From assembly GCA_963169855.1 (NCBI GenBank), contig CAUJCN010000001.1:81828-145827 (forward strand): 64,000 nucleotides of DNA, read 5' to 3'. A program made the position numbers and the translations under genes. Below the pieces are notes generated by a model. That model worked only from the letters and a program-made list of their open reading frames with translations, did not search any database and was not told the origin of the DNA. Each line of letters opens with the position of its first letter. Within the stretch, counting starts at the first letter, position 1. Of the stretch, positions 17,993-27,539 are shown piece after piece. This stretch comes from Patescibacteria group bacterium. GTDB lineage: Bacteria > Patescibacteriota > Dojkabacteria > J137.

Positions 17993-20900
17993 CTATAAAG
18001 CTATCCAGTTAAATAAAATATCCGATGTTGATACTGGTTGTATTACAATATCAAAACCATTTTGATTTACATTTTCTATTCCATAGTATACAGCATTTAT
18101 TCCAACAGGTGTAATAGTTACTGATGGAATTTTTGTTAATGGAGTAGAGAAGTTTACACGAATTGAATTGTTGCCTCCCGCAATAGTAGCATTTCCACTT
18201 AGTGCCACCGGAATAGATTGAATCAGGTTTTCTAAATCGGAAATCCTTTGGTTTATTGCGGTTATATCAAATGAATTTGTTGCGAGTGAATCAATATCAT
18301 TTTTTATATTTGTTAGTGATGTATTCAAATCAGATGCCATAGTTTGTAACTCAGAAACATCAGTTCCGTCTAATTGTGTTTTTAGTTGATCGATCTCAGC
18401 TTGAATTCTAATATTATCTTCATTTAATTCTTGAATTGCTTTAACCAAGTAAGGGGTAAATCCGTTTACTTTAATTTGAAGATATCCGTCAGCTCCTACT
18501 TTAACTAAATCAGGTACAACCGATTGAACTTCTTGAGCAATAAATCCTAACTTCAATTCGTTCGAAGGATCGTTGTTCATATAGTAATTTCGCACCTGCA
18601 ATTGCGATATTGTGTCTAAAGCCGAAGTAGAGTAGTCAGAAATAGTATTTTTCAATCTCGAGTCCGAAGTACATCCAAATGAACCAAAAGCACCATCTGG
18701 TGCCACGGTACAAGTACCCGAACTATTTTCAAAAGTAGCTACTGTGGATAAAGCAGGGTCTAGGAAATCTCCAACATGTAATTGACTTGTAGGCGACACA
18801 TTATGTATACCAACGTTCCCATTTATTCCGTTAACAAACACATGTACAGTATTATTTGTACCCAAAGTTAATGGATATGTAGCCATGGTGTTTACATTAA
18901 ACGACTCAGTTCCTCCAAGCGATCCGTTTAAAGTAGAGTTTGCTTGAATAAAACCAATTCCTGCATTGTTATTTGAGAACATCATCGATGAGGCCGCGTT
19001 TAGTCCTGAATTGTTGTTTCTAAATTCTACAAACCCTTGCGCATCTACATCTTGCTCAACTACAAACATATAGTTTGGTCCTGAAGTTCCTATTCCTACA
19101 TTTCCATTATTTGCTATTCGCATTCTTTCTTGTCCATTTGTGAAGAATACTGTAGAAAACGCAGCAGAACCAAGTGTTAAGCTGCCTGCAGAATCGATAG
19201 TTATGTCGTTATTAGTAGTGATCAGCGATGCGTAATCTCGTGCGTTTAAAAACAAGTTTCCTGAAAGTGTGTTTACTGAAAGATCTCCGTTAGAATTAAG
19301 TTCGTTATTTATTGTGCCCGTAAAGTCTAACATGCTACGGCCAACGTCTGTCCACAAATCAAAGCCAGCCGATGTGGCATTGTCGTGAATATTTAGAGCG
19401 ACTACAGGTCCACCAGTTACAGTTTGAATTCTCACGGCTCCTGAATCTGCTAAAATTGTTCTTCCAACACCTGGTCCTCCAAAATCGTATGAATCATCCA
19501 AAGTTCCACCGCCAATTCCTAACCATCCATTCGTTGAAAAATCCTGTGTCTTCACATACAAATGTTCTCTATTTGTTACACCATCAATTCTAAAAAACAA
19601 ACTTCCGCTATTTGCCAAATGAACACCCTCTGGGTCTCCAATTCCAACTAGCTGATCTATGGTATTGGCACCTGTTCCAGATAACCTGAGTGTTCCTGGT
19701 CCAGATGTATTTGTAACATTCATTATTGAAGAACCTGCACTAGATCCTATTACAAATGTATTGACACCTTGTTGTCTGAATATCGTACCAGTATCGTTAG
19801 AAAGCAATATCTCATCGGTTACTCCTTGGTATGTAAGGTTAGCAAAGTTTGTATTAGGCATATCTAGAAATCTTATTCCACCACCGTTTGGTGAAGTAAT
19901 TAATTCAAAACCCGAGCCATTAGTATTGTACCCTTGAATAATGTTTTGATTACTCACAATATTTTGAGTTGACACAAGTAGAGCTTCATTTACACCATTA
20001 ATTTCTACAGCTCCAGAATCAACAGTTATTATTCTACCTGCACCAGGTCCACCAAAATCGTATGCATCATCTAAAGTTCCTCCTGCTCCAGCACCGAGAG
20101 CCACCCACCCATTAACACTTGCATCTGTTGTTTTTACGTATAGTTGTTGACTGCCTCCAACTCCATCCATTCGAAAGAATACACTTCCGCTATTCGCAAG
20201 GATGCCTCCTTCTGGATCTCCCGTACCAATTAACTGATCTACAAAAGCAGCACCTCCTGTAGTTCCTAATCTTAAAATCGTAGGATAAAATGGCCCATTA
20301 CTATTAATTGTTAGAACAGGATCGTTCGCCAAGCCAGCCGTTGACTGTATTATTGTACTATTGCCAGTCATTCTAAAAACGTTATTAGCCTGATTTGTTA
20401 TAGAGAAGTTATCAAAAGAACCATCGTATACGGTTCGAGCGACGTTAGCTCCAAAACTATCAGAGAACCATAGACCTCCGCCGTTTACGTAGGTTTGCAA
20501 AGCAAATCCGGATCCATTTGGGTTTGAAGCTGTAAAAATGTCTTGATTACTAGCATTGTTTTGCGTTGTTGCGTGTATAGCATTTGATGTTGCATTAAGC
20601 TCAACAACTCCCGAATCTACATCAATAATTCTCCCTGCCCCTGCGCCTCCAAAATCGTATGCATCATCCAGAGTTCCTCCAGATCCTCCTGAACCCAACG
20701 CTACCCAACCGGTATTGAAGCCATTATTTGTAGTTTTTACATACAGTTGTTCGTTCGCCCCACCATCAGTTCGCATGTAAATACTTCCTTGGTAACCAAA
20801 TAGAACATTTTCTGGTGTACCAGCACCAGAATAGATCTCAGTTGTACCACCATTATTATTGAAGTTCATAAAGGAATTTTGAGTTTGACCAGCATTTGTA

Positions 20901-23275
20901 ATCTGTAGTATTCCGTCATGTTGTAAAGAGTTGCTTAAATACTGAAGGTTGTTTCCTTGATTAAACATTGTCCAACCAGCACCAGTTATACCGTTCCTTA
21001 ACGAGAAATTATCCACGATTCCTTGGAAATACATATCGTAATAATTTGCTGCACCGTTGAACAATTCAGAGGCAAATGTCAATCTGACTCCATCAGAATC
21101 ATCTCTTATTAAGAACGAATTATTTGTACCTCCTGTTTGTGTATAGAAGAGAGTATCTGAAAATGCTCCTGCAGCGTTTAAGAATCCCGGGCCAGAAGAA
21201 GTAAGTCTCAAACCTTGCACATCTACTTGTAAGTCGTTTCCAGCAGCTGGGCCACCGAAGTTATATGCATCTTGCAGAGTGCCACCACCACCTCCTCCAC
21301 CTCCTAGCTGTACCCAACCAGTGTTAGTTCCTGCTCCAGTTTCTTTAACCCACATCGGCATAGCACCAGATCCAGAAACATCGTAGTAAACACTACCCAT
21401 AAATCCGTCCACAATTCCATTCGGATCTCCATTGCCGACATTGTGAGTCATTGATCCAAAACTATTTCCCATCGAAACAACTCCATAAGGATTGGTTACA
21501 TCATTGTTTTGAATGAATACGGAACCAGTTGTAGATGTTGTAGCAGATGCGCTAATGCCAGTCTGAGCTGTTGAGTAAAAGTTAAGTGACGATGTTGGTC
21601 CTGAAGCAGTAAGACTAACACTAAACGGATCAAAAGATAATGTTCCGAAATCTGAACCTCCTCCGTCTGAAAGTCCTATATTAAAGAATTCGTTTCCTGG
21701 AGAGTCTGCAAAGATTTGATATCCGAATGTTGTAGAAGTGAAATTATTCACATCTACTGAATAAATCATTCCAGTTCCTGTAAATGGACCAAAATCCAGT
21801 CTACCCATAGATACGCCAGCCCCTGCTGTGTTAATTCCAACCCCATCTCCAACAACACTGAATGCTGGGTCATATCCAAAAGGAACAGCGCCTATTGAAT
21901 CTATTAATTCTACGGAACCTGAATCTGTAAATATTGTTCGTCCAGCACCTGGGCCTCCAAAATCGTATGCATCATCAAGAGTTCCACCAGATCCACCTCC
22001 TGCTCCAAGAGCTACCCAACCAGTGTTACTACCATCAGTTGTTTTAACGTACAATTGCTGAGAACCACCGACTCCATCAGTTCTAAAGAAAACGCTTCCA
22101 CTATCTGCATTCTCTACACCTTCCGGATCACCAGTACCAACCAATTGTGTAATTCCACTTCCAGTAGCTGGGTCTAATGATAATACTCTTGATGGATTAG
22201 CCATATTTTGATTTTGTATCAAAACAGCACCTGCGTTTGACTGAGCCTGACCTCTAATTCTTACAGTATCGTTTACAGAAGTTATGAATAAATCCTGATC
22301 TGATTGAATATCCATACCACTTCCGTTTTCAGATTGTATCTGCATTAATCCATTCATCATGAGAATGTTTCCATATCTTGTAGCCCCATCAGAAAATCCT
22401 AATTGGTAAAATTCAGCACCTGGGAATGCAGAGAAAGAATTAAATCCGTAATATCCGTTTGTGAAATTGTTTACATCATCGGCAAACAGTAAGATACTTC
22501 CATCATCACCACCTTGAACATCCATTTTTGCCATCGCAATACCGTTCAGGCTTGAATTGTTTACTGTACCATCTCCGACAATTACAAAAGAAGGATCGTA
22601 TCCTGCAAATCCTCCTGTCTTAACATCGGTAAACTGCACAGCTCCTGCATCTGTAGTAACAATTCTACCTGCTCCTGGACCACCAAAGTCATATGCATCA
22701 TCCAATGTTCCACCTCCGGCAACAGAAACACATGATAATACTGTACCATTCCACGAAAGAGTTTCTCCTAATGCACAGGTAGGAGCATTCAAAGAAATTA
22801 CTCCAGTAGTTGTAATCGTTCCGCCATTCAATCCGTTACCAGCCGTAATACTTGTAATTCCAGAAGAGCCTCCAACTGGTAGGTTTACAGTATTACCGTT
22901 TGTAATTCCTAAAGTATTACCTAATATGTAAAGAGTTTGCTGATCGTCATCATTCGTCGGGTTAGTTGGTGTAGTGGTTCCAGTTACTTCGTCTACACAA
23001 ACAAAGTTCGAACCATCCCATTGAAGTTTATCTGTCGCTTGGTTACAAACGGGAGCACTTAGGGATATAGTTCCTGTAGTTGTAATCGTACCTCCACTTA
23101 ACCCAGCACCTGTTTGAATTCTAATATTTGTACCTCCACTGTTTGATAGATCACCGATTTGATTTGTTAAGTTAGAACGAAGAGAACCTAATACTAATAC
23201 AATTATTAGCGTGATTATTCCAAAACCTAAAATGAACCATTTATTAATACCTATTTGGTTTTCGACATTATCCAT
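17993..23275 (-). CDS. Giant (1760 aa) type-II membrane-anchored surface fibre protein with six 'GGTLDDAYDFGGPGAGR'-initiated modules and a C-terminal peptidase S74-like intramolecular chaperone domain
   Basis: N-terminal 'WFILGFGIITLIIVLVLGSL' TM helix. Two Cys-pair modules ('SAPVCNQATDKLQWDGSNFVCVD'). Six repeats each end in '...GS(V/L)FFR(T/M)DG..QLYVKT.D...GWV.LG'. C-terminal 'TSDSRLKNTISDY...LKLGFIAQEVQSVVPDLV' chaperone signature followed by a coiled coil and a β domain. Confidence 0.85.
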   Translation of the reverse strand: MDNVENQIGINKWFILGFGIITLIIVLVLGSLRSNLTNQIGDLSNSGGTNIRIQTGAGLSGGTITTTGTISLSAPVCNQATDKLQWDGSNFVCVDEVTGTTTPTNPTNDDDQQTLYILGNTLGITNGNTVNLPVGGSSGITSITAGNGLNGGTITTTGVISLNAPTCALGETLSWNGTVLSCVSVAGGGTLDDAYDFGGPGAGRIVTTDAGAVQFTDVKTGGFAGYDPSFVIVGDGTVNNSSLNGIAMAKMDVQGGDDGSILLFADDVNNFTNGYYGFNSFSAFPGAEFYQLGFSDGATRYGNILMMNGLMQIQSENGSGMDIQSDQDLFITSVNDTVRIRGQAQSNAGAVLIQNQNMANPSRVLSLDPATGSGITQLVGTGDPEGVENADSGSVFFRTDGVGGSQQLYVKTTDGSNTGWVALGAGGGSGGTLDDAYDFGGPGAGRTIFTDSGSVELIDSIGAVPFGYDPAFSVVGDGVGINTAGAGVSMGRLDFGPFTGTGMIYSVDVNNFTSTTFGYQIFADSPGNEFFNIGLSDGGGSDFGTLSFDPFSVSLTASGPTSSLNFYSTAQTGISASATTSTTGSVFIQNNDVTNPYGVVSMGNSFGSMTHNVGNGDPNGIVDGFMGSVYYDVSGSGAMPMWVKETGAGTNTGWVQLGGGGGGGGTLQDAYNFGGPAAGNDLQVDVQGLRLTSSGPGFLNAAGAFSDTLFYTQTGGTNNSFLIRDDSDGVRLTFASELFNGAANYYDMYFQGIVDNFSLRNGITGAGWTMFNQGNNLQYLSNSLQHDGILQITNAGQTQNSFMNFNNNGGTTEIYSGAGTPENVLFGYQGSIYMRTDGGANEQLYVKTTNNGFNTGWVALGSGGSGGTLDDAYDFGGAGAGRIIDVDSGVVELNATSNAIHATTQNNASNQDIFTASNPNGSGFALQTYVNGGGLWFSDSFGANVARTVYDGSFDNFSITNQANNVFRMTGNSTIIQSTAGLANDPVLTINSNGPFYPTILRLGTTGGAAFVDQLIGTGDPEGGILANSGSVFFRMDGVGGSQQLYVKTTDASVNGWVALGAGAGGTLDDAYDFGGPGAGRIITVDSGAVEINGVNEALLVSTQNIVSNQNIIQGYNTNGSGFELITSPNGGGIRFLDMPNTNFANLTYQGVTDEILLSNDTGTIFRQQGVNTFVIGSSAGSSIMNVTNTSGPGTLRLSGTGANTIDQLVGIGDPEGVHLANSGSLFFRIDGVTNREHLYVKTQDFSTNGWLGIGGGTLDDSYDFGGPGVGRTILADSGAVRIQTVTGGPVVALNIHDNATSAGFDLWTDVGRSMLDFTGTINNELNSNGDLSVNTLSGNLFLNARDYASLITTNNDITIDSAGSLTLGSAAFSTVFFTNGQERMRIANNGNVGIGTSGPNYMFVVEQDVDAQGFVEFRNNNSGLNAASSMMFSNNNAGIGFIQANSTLNGSLGGTESFNVNTMATYPLTLGTNNTVHVFVNGINGNVGIHNVSPTSQLHVGDFLDPALSTVATFENSSGTCTVAPDGAFGSFGCTSDSRLKNTISDYSTSALDTISQLQVRNYYMNNDPSNELKLGFIAQEVQSVVPDLVKVGADGYLQIKVNGFTPYLVKAIQELNEDNIRIQAEIDQLKTQLDGTDVSELQTMASDLNTSLTNIKNDIDSLATNSFDITAINQRISDLENLIQSIPVALSGNATIAGGNNSIRVNFSTPLTKIPSVTITPVGINAVYYGIENVNQNGFDIVIQPVSTSDILFNWIAL

Positions 23276-23396
23276 TAATTAGAAACAGTAATAAGGCCAA
23301 AGCAGAAATGATAAGAATCAATGTAATTCCAACATTTACAATTGAGTAGTTCTTAGACTCTACATCGTATTGCTCATCTTGTTTTTTTGAGGCCAT
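23268..23396 (-). CDS. Small single-TM peptide P2 (42 aa), translationally coupled to the 1760-aa giant gene
   Basis: Minus-strand reading 'MASKKQDEQYDVESKNYSIVNVGITLILIISALALLLFLING*'. The stop codon TAA sits inside AATGGATAATG, overlapping the giant-gene ATG out of frame. It is below the ORF-track length cut-off. Confidence 0.5.
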   Translation of the reverse strand: MASKKQDEQYDVESKNYSIVNVGITLILIISALALLLFLING

Positions 23397-23472
23397 GATA
23401 AATAAAAATAAGTTAGTGCTATTACAATATAGAGAAAATAAAGGGACATTTCAAGAGATATTTGGGAGAATT

Positions 23473-26400
23473 TTAGAGTGTAGCAAAAGCCATCCAGTTA
23501 AAGTCTATGTCAGTTACAGCAGCAGAAAATAGTTTGATCTTAAAACCGAAAGCCGTAACCTCATCAATAAAGTATTCTCCAACTGAAGTATTTGAAGCCA
23601 AAGTTGCAGTAACTATTGGAGCAGAAGTGAGTGGTTTACTAAAAGTTACAGCAATTTCAGATGTTCCACCTAGTATCTTTACTTTTCCGATATTGTTTGC
23701 TGAGAATGTAACTTGGTCTTTAAAATTTACAACTCCAGCAAAAGAAGCACTTAAAAATTCAGAAGTTTCTGCAATCTCTGTTTCTATATTTTCGCTTTCT
23801 AATTCAATTTCCTCTAACCCAGGATACTCTATATTACTTAAAATTTGAGATTTAAATTCTTCATAACTTAATTTGAAATCGTTTAGTTGAGATGTTAAAT
23901 CCGCAAGATTCTGATTAATCCCAGATACATTAACTTCGTTATCATTTTCTGGGAGTGAACCTAACTCTTCCAATTTAGTCTCGATATCTGAAATTACTTT
24001 TTGTTGTTCTTGGATGGAATTTGTTAGTAGAGCAGAGATCAACTCATAGTTAACTCCTTCGATTTCTCCGTTTCGTGAGAATGCCAATCTTGAATCAACT
24101 ACTGCAACTTCCTCCGCAATGAATCCTAGACTTGGAGTTCCCGTAGGATCGAATATAAAACTAACAGGTCTCAAATTCATAAGTTCTTCTAATCCAATTT
24201 CCAAATCCTGAACATCTGATTTATATTTACCAGAAGAAACATTACATACACCGGCTTGAGCTATCATTCTTCCACTCGCATCTAAACATAAATACTGCGT
24301 AGAAGGATTTACAGAACTTACCATACCAGTTAGGTCTATATTCCTTGATTGATGAATTCTAATAACATTTGTACCTGCAATTTGGAAGAACACATCTCCA
24401 TCAACAATACTACCGTCTCCTGATGTTATAACCACGGCTCCTCCAATGCTAGCTGCTGAGCCTCCTGCCGCTATGCTAATATTACCTCCCTGACTTGCTG
24501 ATCCAGCACCTGCTTGTAGCGTAATACCTCCTCCAATTCCTGTACCGCTAGCACTACCCCCCTGCACAAAGAATTCACCTGCAGTACCATTTACAGAAGC
24601 ACCTAGATTAAAGAATGCACCTCCTCCAGTTCCTGTCACATCTGCAGAACCTCCATTGTATGTAAATCGACCAGCAGAATCACTTGAACCTACGGAACCT
24701 CCTCCTGTATTTAATGTTATGTCCCCTCCAGCACCTGCACCTGCTATACCCCCATTTCCAGTATTAATATTTATTCCACCAGCATTTCCTACAGAGTTAG
24801 CTGTTCCAGTAGCAATTGTAATTGTTCCAGAACCAGTATTACCGTTCCCTGTATACATGTTAATATTTCCGGATCCATTAGCTACAGCCGCTGATCCTGT
24901 AGCCATGTTTAAGTCACCTGGAGTTCCAGAGAATGATGAACCTGTTGAGATATTAACGCTTCCCGCTAAACCAACTGTTGCACTACCCCCGTTTATATTT
25001 ACATTTCCTCCTCCCCCCGGTGTGAAAGTGTTATTGTTTCCTCCATTGATATTGACTGTCGCAGCCTGAGAAACCGAAGTATCTGTTCCACCTAATTGAA
25101 TTGATGCACTACTTAGTCCTCCTGCCGAGAAAGATGAGTTAATACTTACATCGCCTCCAGAATTTTGTGTTGAACCAAACAATTGAATACTCGCTGACCC
25201 AATGGTCGAAGATGTATTAATACCTGCCGAAAGCCAAACATTACCGTTTGTTGCAAACGGGTTACTCGATTGACCTCCATTAATATTTATATTTCCTCCA
25301 CTGTATGAAGCACCTGCCGTTAGATTAACATTTCCAGCTGTACCTAAGGCATTTCCAGCGTTGGAAGAATAAATATTTACGCTACCACTGAGCATATCCG
25401 CAAAGCCTGTACTTATATTTACTGTGCCACTAGAACCTGTTCCAGCAGATGAACCTGTTGAGATCGATATCTGACCTGAGTTTCCATTACTAAGTCCATT
25501 CGCAGAACCTGTAGACATAAATATATCCCCAGTCTGGTTTCCGGAAACTCCATTTGCACCGGTATAGATACTTACACTACCACCATCCCCTGAACCATCT
25601 CCGTTACCAGAACCTAAAGCTGCGCTCCTACCACTCCCATTAGAACCAACTAATGCCTCACCCCCATTGACTACAATTCCAGATGCCGATACGAATAAAG
25701 TACCGTAAATATCAGTAGTTGATGAGCCTGCTCCAACAACCATTATATTATTTCCTCCACCTGCATCAGCATACTGAAGGAAACCGTATCCAGGTGTTGT
25801 TGTAAAGTTATCTATATCATTAGAGAATAGAAATGCTGTTGCCTCCGCCCCAGGGAAAGCAGGGTTTATATTTCTAACTATCCCAACTCCAGCTGTCTGT
25901 GAGAAACCTGGTGCCGAACCATCTCCAACAACTTTAAATGCAATTCTTTCATTAAGTGGCACGTTTGCCGAAGGAGATGTTCTTAATTCAACAGCACCTT
26001 GATCCAGATTAATTATTCGGCCAGCTCCTGGACCACCAAAATCATAAGCGTCATCCAAAGTTCCGCCGCCTCCTCCAACGTCCCCAATCGGAACCCATTG
26101 ATTATTATTTACCCCTGCAGTTCCAATATTTGCCCATAATACATTAGCACCTGTTACACCTGTCTGAGAAGCAACATATAAAGATCCCGCATAACCATCG
26201 ACAAATCCATTAGGATCGAGTTCACCTCCTGCAGTAAATTTAATACATCCATAAACTGGAACAGATGGTGCACACAAGTCTAAAATATCATACCCAGATG
26301 TAGATGCACCTATAAGTCTTATTGGCGAGTTACCTGGATCTGTATTCGTACTTCCACCGTAAATGTAAACTTGTTCAATAGCCTGCAAACTAAAATTATT

Positions 26401-27387
26401 ATTTGTCGATAACCCTAATGGTCCACCCGAAGATAAGTTGGTTTCCCCTGAATCAGAAAATTCTAATGCAGATACATTATTAAATGGGGAATCAGCTATT
26501 CCTATTACAAATACATCGTTTAGAGGGTTGATTGGATCATGTTGATATATAAGTGAACCTTGTGACCCAGAAGTATATGTTGATGCATCGGGTCCAAATA
26601 CCTGAATGTAAGCTTCTCCCCCTGGGAAAGTTAAGTTCGTGAAGCCTATACCAGATCCTGCTGTCGTTGTAGTTCCATCTCCTAAAATTTCAAAATCATT
26701 AGCCACTGTTGGGAATATTGTTCCTTGTGTAATAATAGATACAGCTCCAGCGTCAGCAAAAATAGTTCTTCCTACCCCTGGTCCACCAAAATCATACGCA
26801 TCATCCAGAGTTCCACCTCCTGCTGTAGAAATACATGATAGAACTGATCCATTCCATGTTAGTGTTTCGCCAAATGCACAAGCTGGTGCGTTTAGAGCAA
26901 TAGTACCAGTTGTTGTTATCACACCTCCCGATAGTCCAGCCCCTGCTGTAATACTTGTAATACCTGAGGTTCCACCTATTGGAATTGTGACTGTGTTTCC
27001 ATTTGAAATTGTTAAATTTCCTCCTGAATAGAATAGAGTCTGATTGTCAGTCCCTGTAGTAGTAGTAGTTGATGTACTACCAGTGATTTCATCAACACAA
27101 ATAAATGAAGTTCCGTTCCATTGAAGTTTATCGTTTGTTTGATTACAAATTGGTGCGTTTAAAGAAATTGTTCCAGTGTTTGTGATCGTTCCTCCCGACA
27201 AACCAACTCCTGTTTGAATTTGAACATCATTTGATTGGGGAGGAATTGAAATATTATTTAAGTCAGTAGCTATCTTTCCTCTAAAAGAAGACAGCGACAA
27301 AATAACAACAACTACAATTATTCCAGTTATCAAGATGAACCATTTGTTTAATCCAATCTGATTTTGTTGTTCCTCAAGTTTATCCAT
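23473..27387 (-). CDS. Giant (1304 aa) type-II membrane-anchored surface fibre protein with a Gly-rich 'GxxNIxTG' repeat region and a C-terminal peptidase S74-like intramolecular chaperone domain
   Basis: N-terminal 'WFILITGIIVVVVILSLSSF' TM helix. Cys-pair modules and two to three 'GGTLDDAYDFGGPGxGR' modules. A Gly/Ser/Asn-rich repeat region of about 280 aa. C-terminal 'YKSDVQDLEIGLEELMNLRPVSF...LGFIAEEVAVVDSRLA...GVNYELISALL' followed by a coiled coil and a terminal β domain. Confidence 0.85.
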   Translation of the reverse strand: MDKLEEQQNQIGLNKWFILITGIIVVVVILSLSSFRGKIATDLNNISIPPQSNDVQIQTGVGLSGGTITNTGTISLNAPICNQTNDKLQWNGTSFICVDEITGSTSTTTTTGTDNQTLFYSGGNLTISNGNTVTIPIGGTSGITSITAGAGLSGGVITTTGTIALNAPACAFGETLTWNGSVLSCISTAGGGTLDDAYDFGGPGVGRTIFADAGAVSIITQGTIFPTVANDFEILGDGTTTTAGSGIGFTNLTFPGGEAYIQVFGPDASTYTSGSQGSLIYQHDPINPLNDVFVIGIADSPFNNVSALEFSDSGETNLSSGGPLGLSTNNNFSLQAIEQVYIYGGSTNTDPGNSPIRLIGASTSGYDILDLCAPSVPVYGCIKFTAGGELDPNGFVDGYAGSLYVASQTGVTGANVLWANIGTAGVNNNQWVPIGDVGGGGGTLDDAYDFGGPGAGRIINLDQGAVELRTSPSANVPLNERIAFKVVGDGSAPGFSQTAGVGIVRNINPAFPGAEATAFLFSNDIDNFTTTPGYGFLQYADAGGGNNIMVVGAGSSTTDIYGTLFVSASGIVVNGGEALVGSNGSGRSAALGSGNGDGSGDGGSVSIYTGANGVSGNQTGDIFMSTGSANGLSNGNSGQISISTGSSAGTGSSGTVNISTGFADMLSGSVNIYSSNAGNALGTAGNVNLTAGASYSGGNININGGQSSNPFATNGNVWLSAGINTSSTIGSASIQLFGSTQNSGGDVSINSSFSAGGLSSASIQLGGTDTSVSQAATVNINGGNNNTFTPGGGGNVNINGGSATVGLAGSVNISTGSSFSGTPGDLNMATGSAAVANGSGNINMYTGNGNTGSGTITIATGTANSVGNAGGININTGNGGIAGAGAGGDITLNTGGGSVGSSDSAGRFTYNGGSADVTGTGGGAFFNLGASVNGTAGEFFVQGGSASGTGIGGGITLQAGAGSASQGGNISIAAGGSAASIGGAVVITSGDGSIVDGDVFFQIAGTNVIRIHQSRNIDLTGMVSSVNPSTQYLCLDASGRMIAQAGVCNVSSGKYKSDVQDLEIGLEELMNLRPVSFIFDPTGTPSLGFIAEEVAVVDSRLAFSRNGEIEGVNYELISALLTNSIQEQQKVISDIETKLEELGSLPENDNEVNVSGINQNLADLTSQLNDFKLSYEEFKSQILSNIEYPGLEEIELESENIETEIAETSEFLSASFAGVVNFKDQVTFSANNIGKVKILGGTSEIAVTFSKPLTSAPIVTATLASNTSVGEYFIDEVTAFGFKIKLFSAAVTDIDFNWMAFATL

Positions 27388-27517
27388 TAATTATAAACAA
27401 TATTAGTAGTATTGCCGAAATGACTAAAACCAGAATTACAGCAGTATTTATTACTGAGAAATTTGAAGACTCATCATAGATTGGAGTAGCTTCTTTTGCA
27501 GTTTTTTGTAGTGCCAT
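27380..27517 (-). CDS. Small single-TM peptide P1 (45 aa), translationally coupled to the 1304-aa giant gene
   Basis: Minus-strand reading 'MALQKTAKEATPIYDESSNFSVINTAVILVLVISAILLILFIING*'. TAA overlaps the ATGGATAA start of the giant gene. It is a paralogue of P2. Confidence 0.5.
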   Translation of the reverse strand: MALQKTAKEATPIYDESSNFSVINTAVILVLVISAILLILFIING

Positions 27518-27539
27518 AGTTAAGTAGTAGTGCATATAT

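Noticed and set aside
5159-27387. Possible CRISPR array or prophage tail module, because of the repeats and tail-fibre chaperone domains.
   Set aside because: The repeats are in-frame coding repeats of variable length without spacer architecture. No cas, capsid, terminase, portal, integrase or att-like features occur in the 64 kb. The tRNA-Arg is 5 kb away and is not flanked by an integrase.
5159-27387. Diversity-generating retroelement targeting the C-terminal domains of the giant proteins.
   Set aside because: No reverse transcriptase, template-repeat/variable-repeat pair or Avd-like gene is visible. The C-terminal β domains are similar among the three proteins but not adenine-specifically variable.
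5159-27387. High density of N-x-S/T sequons in the fibre ectodomains as evidence for N-glycosylation.
   Set aside because: The proteins are so rich in Asn, Ser and Thr that sequon frequency is expected by composition alone. It is kept only as a hypothesis linked to the GT-C-like genes.
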